Shown: positions 1 through 10,923 of the stretch, in pieces
Numbering within the stretch: the stretch's first letter is position 1
Layout of the letters: every line of letters starts with the position of its first letter
Position numbers and translations under genes: made by a program
DNA from: an uncultured delta proteobacterium
GTDB lineage: Bacteria > Desulfobacterota > Zymogenia > Zymogenales > Zymogenaceae
Direction: 5' to 3'
Length of the DNA: 64,000 bases
Assembly (NCBI GenBank): GCA_963735595.1
Contig: CAVTLK010000005.1
Location: forward strand, 32,001-96,000
The notes under the pieces: generated by a model
What the model was told of the DNA's origin: nothing
Database searches by the model: none
Seen by the model: only the letters and a program-made list of their open reading frames with translations

Positions 1-147
1 GCAGTTATCGCACGGAGGTACGGGGGGGGATACCCGAGAGGGGGGGGGATTGGTCCGCCGTTACAGAACGATCCGCGGAACTGCCTGCAGACGGGAGAAG
101 GTTATTTAGCGGTGCCGGCGGAGAACCGCCCGGGCAGGGGCGATCGG

Positions 148-891
148 CTAGCGGTCTATCAGGAGTATCAGCACCTTTCCCGGGCCGTGGATCCCCCTGA
201 CGGCGGTGAGCGCGATGTCCGCCGTCATGCTGGGGCCCGTTACAAAAGCGAGTGCGGGCGGCCTCGCTTGAGACCGGGATCGGCCATCGGATTCGGTTGG
301 CTGCTTCCCGAAATCGGAGGCCCGCTTTTCGGCATATAATCCCTGATCTGTCAGGAGCGACCAGAAGTGATGGGTATCGGTGACGATGTCGCGCACCGGA
401 AGAAGGACGACGTGCGCAAACGGTGCATGTGAGATCAGACGGGAATAGCCGTCGCCCAGCGCGAGGACGACTGTCCCGGTCTCCGCGACGCCGGCCAGCG
501 CCCCGGTAACGCCCACGTCAGAGTCAAAGCTCGATTCCCGATGGGAAGCGGGATCGCTTCCCTGGACGGATACGCGAAGGCCGGCCGCCTCTAGCGCCTC
601 CTTGATATCCGATTGCGCCACGACCCGCTCGGCCGACAGAAGCGCCGACGAAAACCCGAGCTCCTTCATAAACCCGACGGCCTCGTCCCCGGCCTTCTTC
701 GCATCGGGAATCCTCTTAACGATCGCCCCCGCGAACACCGCGCGGTCCGAGAAGTCCTTCACCAGGGTCTCAATATCGACCGACGGGCGGGCCTGGGGTT
801 TACCCGTATCCCGGGCCCGGGCAGCGGAACGCGGGGCCGACTCCTTTAGCCTTTTGAGTATCGCCTCTCTGGACGCGCGGATTTCACTCAT
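148..891 (-). CDS. lutC: LutC/YkgG (LUD domain) lactate utilization protein
   Basis: Motifs GVTGALAGVAETGTVV and FVTGPSMTADIALTAVRGIHGP. The ATG at 891 overlaps the end of lutB. Confidence 0.85.
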   Translation of the reverse strand: MSEIRASREAILKRLKESAPRSAARARDTGKPQARPSVDIETLVKDFSDRAVFAGAIVKRIPDAKKAGDEAVGFMKELGFSSALLSAERVVAQSDIKEALEAAGLRVSVQGSDPASHRESSFDSDVGVTGALAGVAETGTVVLALGDGYSRLISHAPFAHVVLLPVRDIVTDTHHFWSLLTDQGLYAEKRASDFGKQPTESDGRSRSQARPPALAFVTGPSMTADIALTAVRGIHGPGKVLILLIDR

Positions 892-2329
892 TTTTCTTCC
901 CCATGGCGTTTTCAATACTCTTCCACCGGTCGCGGAAGGGTACCCGGGCGGGAAGCGGAAGGTCCCTGTCTTTCGTAAAACCACCGGCCCACATTGGGAG
1001 CCACCGTATCCTGCCGTCCCTGCTGAACGGCAGCAGCGCCCATCGCATGAGCTTCGTTTGAAGTCGGAAACGCCGCTCGTCCCGCAAGATCCACGCCCAT
1101 AACGAATGCACGATCCGCTCGGTTACTGGAGGCCTCTTCGCTCCGAACCGGGCCTCCCCGGCCGCGCGTTTCTCCCTGAACTTTAGGAAGAGCGCGGGGT
1201 GGTCGATTCCCGCCGGGCAGACTTCGCGGCATTTCCCGCAGAGCGTACACGCAAAATAGAGGTCACTGGCCCGGTCGAGCCCCAAAAAGAGCGGGTTGAG
1301 CAGCGCGCCGATCGGGCCGGAATAGACCCATCCGTAGGCATATCCCCCCACCGTGCCCCATACCGGGCAGGTGTTGAGGCAGGCCCCGCACTTGATGCAC
1401 TGGAGGACTTCCCTCACGTCGGGGTCCTCATATATCCGGCTTCGCCCGGCATCGACGATGACCACGATAAGCTCACCCGGGCCGTCGATATCTCCGGCCT
1501 GTCTCGGCCGATCGATGAACGAGACGTAACTCGAGATAGCCTGGCCGGTGCAGCTTCTGGTGAGGACCTTGAGCATGGACAGGGCATCGTCCATGGTCGG
1601 TACGATTTTCTCGATGCCCATAACGACCAGATGGGTCGCGGGGGCCGACGTCGTGAATCGTATATTGCCCTCGTTCTCGACAAGGATCAGGGTCCCGGTC
1701 TCGGCGACCGCCATATTTGCCCCGGTGATACCCATTCCGGCGCGCTTGAATTTGTCCCTCAGGAACGCGCGCGCCTGCATTGCCAATTCGTTCAGGTCAA
1801 CCGTCCTCCCGGTGCCCATGACGCGCACGAAAAGGTCCGCGATCTCGTCGATGGACATATTGAGGGCCGGCCCCACGATATGGAACGGCGTGCGACGCGC
1901 CTGCTGCACGATGAATTCACCCAGGTCTGTCTCATAGACGTCGACGCCGGATTGGATAAGCGCCTCGTTGAGCCCCATCTCCTCGGACAGCATGGACTTA
2001 CCCTTGGTGACGGTTGTGACGCCGCGCTTTCGCGCAAGGCCGACGACGATCTCGCGCGCCTGTTCATAGTCCGCGGCCCAGAAGACGATGCCGCCGTTCT
2101 TGATAACATTACGCTCGAATTGTTCGAGGTAGGCCGGGAGATTTTTTATTGCCTGTTTTCGAATATCGCGGGCCCGGGCCAGCGCCGCGTCCGGGTCTTT
2201 CAGGGTGGAAAATGAGTAGTCCCGCAGGGCGGTGAAGATAATGCGGAGGCGGTTGAGAATATCCCGCTGGGCGGCGTTCCGGATGCCCAAGGCCGCCTTT
2301 GCGCGGAAGCGTTCCACCTCGATCTTCAT
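884..2329 (-). CDS. lutB: LutB/LldF iron-sulfur lactate utilization protein
   Basis: KGKSMLSEE, ETDLGEFIVQ, ENEGN, and ferredoxin motifs CIKCGACLNTCP and CTLCGKCREVCP. ATGA overlap with the lutA stop. Confidence 0.92.
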   Translation of the reverse strand: MKIEVERFRAKAALGIRNAAQRDILNRLRIIFTALRDYSFSTLKDPDAALARARDIRKQAIKNLPAYLEQFERNVIKNGGIVFWAADYEQAREIVVGLARKRGVTTVTKGKSMLSEEMGLNEALIQSGVDVYETDLGEFIVQQARRTPFHIVGPALNMSIDEIADLFVRVMGTGRTVDLNELAMQARAFLRDKFKRAGMGITGANMAVAETGTLILVENEGNIRFTTSAPATHLVVMGIEKIVPTMDDALSMLKVLTRSCTGQAISSYVSFIDRPRQAGDIDGPGELIVVIVDAGRSRIYEDPDVREVLQCIKCGACLNTCPVWGTVGGYAYGWVYSGPIGALLNPLFLGLDRASDLYFACTLCGKCREVCPAGIDHPALFLKFREKRAAGEARFGAKRPPVTERIVHSLWAWILRDERRFRLQTKLMRWALLPFSRDGRIRWLPMWAGGFTKDRDLPLPARVPFRDRWKSIENAMGKKNE

Positions 2330-3057
2330 TGCCCGCCTCCCGTCCCCGCAAGGATCTGTGCGGTATGGAGGACCGTAAGCGCAAGCCCCCTTCGCTGTAC
2401 GAACCCCCTGAGATTGAGGATGCACCCCGGCTCGCCGAGGACAAGGCATTCGGCGCCGCTGGCGATAGCTTTATCCACCTTTTCGGCCGCCATCGCCGTG
2501 GAGATGTCAGGATAGAGCGTCGAGAACTCCCCGCCAAAGCCGCAGCAGACGTTATCTTCGGCGAGCGGGACGAGCTCTATACCGGCGACGTTCGAAAGAA
2601 GGGTCAGCGGGCTCTTGGAAACGCCGAGCCCGCGGGAGAGATGACAGGAGTGATGATACGCCACCTTGTGGGGATAGGCGGCCCCGGGGTCGGAGAAACC
2701 CATGACGGTGACGAGGAATTCCGAAAGCTCGAATACCCGCTCGGATAACAGGCGGGCGCGCCGGCCTGTCTCGCCGTCGGGCAGGAGCAAGGGGTAGTGC
2801 TTTTTGACGGTGTGGACGCACGAGCCGGAGGGGGCCACGACGTAGTCGGCCTCGGAAAAGATATCTATAAAACGCCGGGCGATATCACGCGCCTCGCGCG
2901 TCCTCCCGGCGTTGATAAGCGGCTGGCCGCAGCAGGTCTGGCGGGGATCGTAGCCGACGTCGGCCCCCGATCGGGAAAGGAGGAGCGCCGCCGCCTCACC
3001 GATCTCCGGGAGGAACTGATCGACCAGACAGGGGATAAAGAGGGACACCTTCTTCAT
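2326..3057 (-). CDS. lutA: LutA/YkgE (Fe-S)-binding CCG-domain protein
   Basis: FIPCLVD, QTCCGQP, SGSC, YHHSCH and CCGFGGEFS motifs. Confidence 0.92.
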   Translation of the reverse strand: MKKVSLFIPCLVDQFLPEIGEAAALLLSRSGADVGYDPRQTCCGQPLINAGRTREARDIARRFIDIFSEADYVVAPSGSCVHTVKKHYPLLLPDGETGRRARLLSERVFELSEFLVTVMGFSDPGAAYPHKVAYHHSCHLSRGLGVSKSPLTLLSNVAGIELVPLAEDNVCCGFGGEFSTLYPDISTAMAAEKVDKAIASGAECLVLGEPGCILNLRGFVQRRGLALTVLHTAQILAGTGGGQ

Positions 3058-3138
3058 CGCACAGCCCTACGCCCCGTCTCGTAATCATATCCGCCTTTAG
3101 CCTCCCGGTACCATGGTCCGGCGGGTTGTCGGGGCGTC

Positions 3139-3165
3139 CAGTATTGCCAGTATTGCCTGTATTGT
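3139..3165. repeat. Three tandem 9-bp repeats (CAGTATTGC x2, CTGTATTGT) upstream of lutA
   Basis: Read directly. Runs into TTGTATACGCAA. Confidence 0.6.
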
Positions 3166-3404
3166 TGTATACGCAACCGAAGTACAAAAGTATCGCGGAA
3201 CGAGACCGGGTGTCAAGGAAAATAGTCCCGGCGAAGAAGAGGGTGCCGGCCGATCCTCCCGGCAGCATAGTATCATTGACCCCGGTTCATTATTATTATA
3301 TTATGTTCTTACGTATCAAACGCCCGCTTTGTCGGGGAGTATCGCATGGACGCTCGATCGGCGGGAGGCCGCCGATTATGCGAGACGTTACCAAGAGGTA
3401 TGCC

Positions 3405-4604
3405 GTGAAATCAATCTATTTCGATGTAAACGTCCCAAAAATCCTTATAACAAAGGCGCTGGCGGGGTTGATTCCGTTTATCTACTATTCGCCGCTGTCT
3501 CCCGTCGGTTTCAGTGATATCCCGGAGCAGAAGCTGCCCGGCAAGAACTGGGTACGGGTCAAATCGGTCATGACCGGCATCTGCGGGGCCGACATCGCGA
3601 TGTTTTTTGTCAAGGCAAGTCCCGGGATCTCGATCGCGGCGCTGCCCGGCGTCCCCCGGGCCTTCATGGGCCACGAGGTGGTGGGACGGATCGTCGAAAA
3701 GGGCGCGGGAGCAACCGGTCTTGCCCTGGGTGACCGCGTTATCCTGCAGCGCTACCTGCCCTGCTGCTCCACCAAGGAGATCACGCCGCCCTGCCGCCCG
3801 TGCAAAGAGGGTAACTACACCCTCTGCGAGAACTTCTCCGAGGGGACGCTGCCGCCCAACCTCGGCGCGGGGTTTTCCGAGCATTTCCTGGCCCACAAGA
3901 CGCAGCTCGTGAAGGTGCCGGACGATATCTCGGACGATCAGGCCGTGCTCGTCGAGCCGACGGCCGTCTCGCTCCATGCGGTGCTCAGCAGGCTGCCCCG
4001 AAACGGCGAAAAGGTGCTCGTCATCGGCGCCGGGACCATCGGCCTGGGGGTTATCCAGATCGCGAAGGCGCTGGGAAAGAGCTTCACCCTTTACGCCCTC
4101 GAAAAGATTCCTTTCAAAAAGAAGCTCGCGAAAAAGTATGGTGCCGACTACGTGCTTGACGGAGATCCGTATAAGGCCGTAGCCGCGGCCACGGGCGCCA
4201 GGCTCTATCGCGGGCCGCTCGGCAACAACACGATGCTGGGGGGATTTGACCTGATCTATGACTGCGTTGGTTACTCCGCCACCATCCACGATTCGCTGAG
4301 GTGGCTCGCGGCCCGGGGCGACTATATCATGATCGGAAACCAGCTCTCTCCCGTATCCTTTGACCAGACCCCGGTCTGGCAGCAGGAACTGACGATGAAG
4401 GGGATCAACGCCCACGGGTCGGAGACCTATCAGGGCAAGCGGATCAGCTCATTTGACCTGGCAATCGAGTTGATCAGGAAAAAGAAGATCAGGGTCGACC
4501 ATCTCATTACCCACCGGTTCCCGTTCGCCGACTACCAGGAGGCCTTCAAGCTGGCCAAGGAGAAATCGAGCGAGGTAATAAAGGTCGTGCTGAAGATATC
4601 GTAG
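3405..4604 (+). CDS. Zinc-dependent alcohol dehydrogenase (MDR family)
   Basis: GICGAD, GHE, structural-Zn Cys cluster and GAGTIG. A GTG start at 3405 follows AAGAGG; the ORF-track start at 3126 is probably too long. Confidence 0.85.
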   Translation: MKSIYFDVNVPKILITKALAGLIPFIYYSPLSPVGFSDIPEQKLPGKNWVRVKSVMTGICGADIAMFFVKASPGISIAALPGVPRAFMGHEVVGRIVEKGAGATGLALGDRVILQRYLPCCSTKEITPPCRPCKEGNYTLCENFSEGTLPPNLGAGFSEHFLAHKTQLVKVPDDISDDQAVLVEPTAVSLHAVLSRLPRNGEKVLVIGAGTIGLGVIQIAKALGKSFTLYALEKIPFKKKLAKKYGADYVLDGDPYKAVAAATGARLYRGPLGNNTMLGGFDLIYDCVGYSATIHDSLRWLAARGDYIMIGNQLSPVSFDQTPVWQQELTMKGINAHGSETYQGKRISSFDLAIELIRKKKIRVDHLITHRFPFADYQEAFKLAKEKSSEVIKVVLKIS

Positions 4605-4641
4605 CGGGCGTTTTTGTTTTCTCTGATCAGGGGGAATCACC

Positions 4642-7637
4642 ATGAACAGGAGATCATTTACCAATCTTATTGTTCACTTCCTGTTTCTCCTCATTGCGTT
4701 CCTTTTCAATTATATCCCGTGGATACGGCGATACATGAAATCGACCCATGGTTGGATTAATTTTTCCGTCGGTTTCAGGACCGAAAACGACAGCGTCAAT
4801 CAGGCGATCCTCTTCAGGGACGGGAAAGTCTCGGTCATGAAGAAGATCCCGGATGATATCGACGTAACGCTGATCTTTGTTGACGACAAGACGGTTCTCG
4901 AGATGCTGAGAATAACGCCCAACGAGGTGATAAACCTGCTGTTGAAAAACAAGATGAGAACGGACGGCAACCTGACCTATTTGAACCCCTTCAATTTCTA
5001 CATCTCGCTGTTGTTCGGGAAGAAACACAAGAAGCTGCTCGGCAGGCAGGTGCGTGCGGAGCTCGCGGAGAACCGGCGGGTCTCACGGGAGGCCAACCCC
5101 GCGTGCCTCAACGAGCTTTCCCGAAGGAAAGGGACACGAATACGGGGGGAGCGGGTCGACACGGGCGTGCAGCATCTCGCGGATCCATACCTATCAGAGT
5201 ACGTAATCGATGATTTTCCCCGCCTCGGGGGGTTTCTGGATATCCACTTCAATACGAAGCCGGAGGTATGCCCGGAACGTCCGAAGCTCCTGACCGATTT
5301 CTTTGTCAAGAACGGTTTCACGCTGTTTCCAAATAACGGCGGCGGACAAAACGAGCTCCGCCAGGCCCGCGCATTCAAATACCTGATGGAGAACAAGACA
5401 CCGATCATCAGAAGAAACGACCTCGTGGCCGGCACTTCGACGACAAAGGAGATCGGAGTAATTCTCTACCCGGACGCCCACGCCGCGCTGTTGTGGGGGG
5501 AGCTGAAATCGGCGGCCGACAGGCGGTTGAATCCCTACACGATATCCGATGAAACGGTACAGATACTTCACGGCCACGTCCTCCCCTACTGGATGGACAA
5601 GAACTTCCGAGAGTGGGTCAGGAAGCAATACGGTAATCCGCTCAGCCAGCAATTAGATGAGCGTTTTGCGGTCTATTTCCTCTTCAAGATCGCCGCCCTC
5701 TCCCACACGATCCTGGATTTCCCGAAGCTCCTCAGGATCGGGACAACGGGGCTCATGAGGGAGATAGACGACGAGCTGAAACGAGACGCGAGCGCGTCCC
5801 GACAGAAAAGGGAGACGCTGGCGGCCATGAAAATCTGCCTCGAAGGCATCACGGGTTACGCGAAAAACCTGTCAAAACAGGCGGCCCGTCTGGCGGGAGA
5901 GGAAGGCGATCCCGTCCGCAAGGCGGAGCTCCTGCGGCTCTCGGCAATATGCGACCGCGTTCCCGAGAACCCCGCCCGGACGCTCGATGAGGCGGTCAAT
6001 GCCATCTGGATCGGCTGGGTGGCGCTCCACATGGAAAATACGAACGCGGGGCTTTCCCTCGGCCGGATGGACCAGTGGCTTCAGCCATACTTCGTATCGG
6101 ATATGAAGAAGCTCACGACCGAGAGGGAGAAAACCGAGTACATCAAAAAAGCCATCGAGCTGGTCGGCTGCTTCTACATGCGCTGCACCGACCATCTCCC
6201 GCTGGTGCCGGATATCGGGAACTACCTATTCGGCGGAAGCTCATCGGACCAGGCAATTACCCTGGGAGGCATGACCCCGGATGGGAAAGACGCCGTCAAC
6301 GACATGACCTACATCTTTCTCAAAGTGACCGAGATGCTGGCCATCAGGGACCCCAACGTGAATGCCCGCTTTACGCCGGGGACTAACAGCGATGAGTACC
6401 TCAAGCGGCTGTGCGAGGTGAACCTGATTACCACCGCGACGCCCTCGATGCACAACGACCATGCCGTGATGAAATCCCTCGAGGAACTCAACTATCGGCC
6501 CGAGGACCTTCGCGATTGGTCGGCGACCGGGTGTGTGGAGCCGACGATCTCGGGCAAACACATGGGGCATACCAACTGTATGATGATGAACATGGTGGCG
6601 GCGCTGGAAATGGCCCTGAATAACGGGCGTCACCCCCTCATGAGATGGGACGTGGGCCCTCAAACCGGCCGGATATACGATGACGGGAGCAACGGGGGAA
6701 ACGGCGATTTTAAGACATATCGAGGACTTCTTCAAGGCGTTCAAGACGCAGTTCAAATTTCTGATCGACCGGTCCGTTGAGTACAACAACATGCTCGGGG
6801 AGGCCCACAGCGTCATCCGGCCGACGCCGCTGTTGTCTTCGCTGATCAGCGGGTGCATTACCGGCGGGAAGGACGCAACGAGGGGCGGGCGCGAAATATA
6901 ATTCGTCCGGTTCGGCCTGTATCGGGTTGGCCGACGTGACCGATTCGCTGATGGTCGTCAAGAAACTGGTGTATGACGATAAGAAGATCACCTTTACGAA
7001 GCTCAAGGAAGCCATCGACGGCAACTTCGAGAATAATCCCTCTCTCCATGCCACGGTGACCAAGAAGGTAAAGCTCTTCGGAAGCGGGAGCCGCGAGGCG
7101 GTGGCGATTGCAAACAGCGTGACGACATTTACCCACGATACCTACTTCGCCCACAGGAATTTCAGGGGCGGGAGATACACGGCGGGCTTCTGGTCGATGG
7201 CAAACCATGTCGCGTTTGGGACGCTGGCGGGGGCGCTGCCCTCCGGGAGACTGGCGGGAAAGGCCTTTACCCCCGGCCTTACCCCTTCGCCCAACGCGAG
7301 CAATAATATCCTTGATAATATCAGGGACGTCGCACAGCTCGATCCGAAGAAGATGAACAACAATATCGCCTTTAACGTAAAGATAGTCCCGGCCATGACC
7401 CATAGCCACGAGAAGACCGTCGATATCATGCGTTCACTGGTAAAGACCTATTTTGACCTCGGCGGGATGCAGATGCAGCTCAATGTCGTGAATTCGGACA
7501 TGCTCAAAGACGCGATGTACCATCCTGAGGACTACCAGAATCTGCTTGTTCGGATTTCCGGATACAATGCCTATTTTGTAACGCTCAATAAGGACATGCA
7601 GCAGGAACTTATCGAGCGGGCGGAGTATGGAATATAG
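4642..7637 (+). CDS. Glycyl radical enzyme (PFL superfamily) with N-terminal extension; two apparent frameshifts (~6720, ~6890)
   Basis: Active-site loop ATGCVEP, SLGRMDQ, AKYNSSG and Gly loop LVRISGYNAYF. Reads through ORFs 4642-6780, 6680-6901 and 6927-7637. Confidence 0.9.
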
Positions 7638-7784
7638 GATAGACCGGTAATGGAACACGTCTCATCAAACCATAACAAATCAGAGAGACATGCCGCATTG
7701 GTTAATCAGTCTCTCTGTCACGCTGACGAAATGCGGTTGCTATTGATCAGTCCTGATAACAAATAATCTATCATGGAGGCTTGC

Positions 7785-8802
7785 ATGAAGGCATTGATGC
7801 TCAAGGGTATAGGCGACCTGGCGCTCATGGACGTCCCCGTGGCGCCGGTCGGGCCGCGGGACGTGAAAATCAGGGTGGCCGAGTGCGGGCTCTGCGGCAC
7901 GGATCACTCGGTCTACGCGGGGACGCTCGTGCTGCCGGGCGATTTCCCCTTCTACATGGGCCACGAGCTCTCGGGCATCGTGGAACAGGTGGGCGACCGA
8001 CGTGAAGGATATCGCGGCAGGGCCAGCTGGTCGTCACCAACCCGGTCCGCTACTGCGGCGACTGCTACCGATGCCGCAACGGCCAGCAGCACTACTGCGA
8101 GCGGCTCTTTGAGCTCTGGAGGCCCAACGGGGGCTTTTCCGAGTTCGTCGTGGCCGACCGCCAGCAGGTCTTCGCCGTACCCGACGGGATAAAACCGGAC
8201 GTCGCGGCGTTCGCCGAGCCCGTGTCGGTCTGTATCCACTGTGTCGACATGGCCGATATCAGACCCGGTATGTCGGTGGCCATCACGGGGGCGGGGTCTA
8301 TCGGCCTGATCCTTATGCAGCTCGCCCGGCTCTCGGGGGCGTCTCTCATCTTCGTGACGGAGCCGGTGGCCTCAAAGAGGAAGCTCGCCCAAAAGCTCGG
8401 CGCCGACGTCGTCGTCGATCCGACGACAGGAAGACGTGGTCGCTCAAGGCTTTGAGGCGACGGGATACAAGGGATTTGACGTGGTGATCGAGGCCTCCGG
8501 CAACGCCGCGGCGGCAAATCAGGCGCTGGGGATCACCGGGATGAAGTCGACGCTCTTTTTCTTCGCGGTCTATCCCGGCGGACTTTACGATTCCCATCTC
8601 GCCGTTCATCATGTACACAAAGGAGATGACGATCAAGGCGGTCTTCTTCTCCCCCTATACATTCCCGAGGGCGATGAACATGCTCCCGAAGCTTGATCTC
8701 GTTTCCCTGATCTCCCACCGTTTTACGTTGGCCGACGCCCACAAGGCGTTTGCAGCCCACGAGACAGGCCAAGCGGTGAAAGTCATGGTCAACTGCGCCT
8801 GA
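7785..8802 (+). CDS. Zinc-dependent (sugar-alcohol/threonine-type) dehydrogenase, several apparent frameshifts
   Basis: CGLCGTD, GHE, a YCGDCYRCRNGQQHYC Zn motif in a shifted frame, GAGSIG, and C-terminal LISHRFTL..AVKVMV. GGAGG RBS upstream. Confidence 0.8.
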
Positions 8803-8926
8803 GGGAGAGGCTTATAGAACGATTGCATGATAGGGTCGCCAACATTATCAGAGAGGCTATCATCGTTGGACGGTGGCTCGACAGGCTGAGATCTCCTCGC
8901 GCTCGGATAGAAAGGAGGACATCGGT

Positions 8927-9798
8927 ATGCACAAGGAAAGATTCTAAGTCGAAAGATGAGCTGCTGGACTATCTCGACGACAAGGCCGAGTGGCTCAGGA
9001 GGGAGATCATACGGCTGTCGTCCATCGCCGGCGGGTGCGCACCTCGGGGGCGGACTCTCTATGGCCGACATCATCGTGGCGGTCTACTATTACGCCATGA
9101 ATCTTGAAGCAGGGCGACCCGAACATGGGCCGATCGCGACCGCTTCATCCTCTCCAAGGGGCACGGCGCCATCGCCTATTGCCCGGTGCTGGCCGACCAG
9201 GGATTCTTTTCGCCCGACTGGCTCAACACCTTCAATAACCTCGACAGCCCCTTCGGAATGCACCCGGACATGAAGAAGATCCCCGGCTGCGACATGAGCA
9301 CGGGATCGCTGGGACACGGGCTTTCGGTGGCGGTGGGGATGGCGCTTACCGCCCGGATGGACAAGAAGAGCTGGCGCGTCTTTGTTCTTATGGGCGACGG
9401 CGAGATAAACGAAGGGATGGTCTGGGAGGCGGCGCCGTCGGCGTCCCACTTCAAGCTGGGCAATATCGTGGCGATCATCGACAGGAACACGCTGTCGCTG
9501 GACGGCCCCACCGAGGAGATCATGGCCATCGAGCCTATCGCCAAACGCTGGGAGGCCTTCGGGTGGCGCGTGTTTGATATCGACGGGCACGACATGGGAG
9601 CCCTCGTGGACACGCTGGACAAGCTCCCGCCGTCGTCCGATCCCACGCCCACCCTCATCGTCGCCCGAACGGTGAAGGGCAAAGGGCGTCGATTTCATGG
9701 AGAACAACCCTATCTGGCACTACGCGGGGCTGGACAAGGCCAAATCGGCCGACGCGCTTACCTGCATCGGGAACTGCCGCCCGAAAAGGAGGTCGTAA
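8927..9798 (+). CDS. Transketolase N-terminal (ThDP-binding) subunit, apparent frameshifts
   Basis: AHLGGGLSMADI, SKGHG, GMHPD, STGSLGHG, MGDGEINEG..N and ARTVKGKG. AGGAGG RBS upstream. Confidence 0.85.
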
Positions 9799-9799
9799 G

Positions 9800-10795
9800 A
9801 TGGCCGATGACGTACAAAAATCGATCGTTCTGGATTTCACCTATACGACCGACACCTATGACCAGTTTACCCAGGCCGAGGTCTACGGCAAGGTGATCAC
9901 GAAGATGGCCGAGGACAATAAAGACATCGTTGTCCTCACCTCCGACATGACCCGCTCCAACAAGACCGGGGATTTCAAGAAGACTTTCCCGGAGCGCTTC
10001 TTCAACTTCGGCATCGCCGAGGCCAACATGTTTGCGGCCTCGGCCGGGATGGCCGCCTGCGGCAAGATCCCGTTCGTCACCACGTTTGCGGTCTTCGCGT
10101 CCCTGCGCTGCGCCGAGATGATCAGGACGGACATCGCCTACCCGAACCTTCCGGTCAGGATCATCGCCACGCACGCGGGGCTTTCGCAGGGTAACGGCGG
10201 CACGACACATCACTCCACCGAGGACATCGCGATCCTCAGGTCGATGGCCAACATGACCGTCATCGTGCCGGCCGACTCCATCGAGACGGGAAAGGCAGTG
10301 GCTGCAACGGCCAAGGTGAAAGGTCCCGTCTATATCCGTATCGGGAGGGCGCTGGAGCCGATGGCGTATCCTGACGATAATTACGACTACACAATCGGCA
10401 AGGCCGTCGTCATGCGGGACTACGGCAAGGACGCGGCGGTCATCGCGTGCGGCGTGGCGGTAAAGGCGGCCTGCGATGCGGCAGACGAGCTGAAAGAGAA
10501 GGGGGTCAAGATCAGGGTCGTCAATATGCACACGATCAAGCCGCTTGATATCGACGCGCTCATGAAAGCCGCCGCGGATACCGGAAAGATCATCACCGCC
10601 GAGGAGCACAGCATCGTCGGCGGGCTTGCCGGCGCAGTATCGGAGGCGCTCACGGAAGCGGGGGTGGCCGTGAAATTCAAGAGGCTGGGAGTGCCGGATA
10701 TCTTTTCGGCCATCGGCTACCCGGATGAGCTCTATGCCCGCTACAAGATCGACAAGGACGGGATCGCCGAGACGGTGAAAAGCATCGTCGCGTAA
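9800..10795 (+). CDS. Transketolase C-terminal (pyrimidine-binding) subunit
   Basis: FPERFFNFGIAEANM, GGTTHHSTED, GPVYIRIGR, TIKPLD and EEHSIVGGL. Confidence 0.92.
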   Translation: MADDVQKSIVLDFTYTTDTYDQFTQAEVYGKVITKMAEDNKDIVVLTSDMTRSNKTGDFKKTFPERFFNFGIAEANMFAASAGMAACGKIPFVTTFAVFASLRCAEMIRTDIAYPNLPVRIIATHAGLSQGNGGTTHHSTEDIAILRSMANMTVIVPADSIETGKAVAATAKVKGPVYIRIGRALEPMAYPDDNYDYTIGKAVVMRDYGKDAAVIACGVAVKAACDAADELKEKGVKIRVVNMHTIKPLDIDALMKAAADTGKIITAEEHSIVGGLAGAVSEALTEAGVAVKFKRLGVPDIFSAIGYPDELYARYKIDKDGIAETVKSIVA

Positions 10796-10811
10796 CTATC
10801 CCGAAAATTGC

Positions 10812-10843
10812 GCCGCCCCGGCCCGTAATCTGACCGGGGCGGC
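10812..10843. terminator. GC-rich hairpin between convergent genes
   Basis: Inverted repeat GCCGCCCCGG...CCGGGGCGGC. Confidence 0.5.
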
Positions 10844-10923
10844 AGTCTATTATGCTACCCGGTAAAGTGAACCCCCGGAACGATAACGGTTGGGATCGAT
10901 GCCCGAACCCAACGACTGCAGTG

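Noticed and set aside
14..56. G-runs at the window start (possible G-quadruplex or repeat)
   Set aside because: Short, at the window edge, and homopolymer lengths are unreliable in this error-prone sequence.
1199..2215. Long antisense ORFs (this one and others such as 3411-4415, 14654-15733, 37660-38763, 51214-52353)
   Set aside because: Shadow ORFs opposite well-supported genes in GC-rich DNA, with no recognisable motifs.
3126..3404. 93-aa N-terminal extension of the Zn-dehydrogenase in the ORF track
   Set aside because: It overlaps the divergent promoter region. The GTG at 3405 has an RBS and gives a normal-looking start.
6710..9700. Programmed ribosomal frameshifting or phase variation in the GRE/ADH/transketolase genes
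   Set aside because: No consistent slippery sites, and the same insertion pattern occurs across unrelated genes, so sequencing error is more parsimonious.
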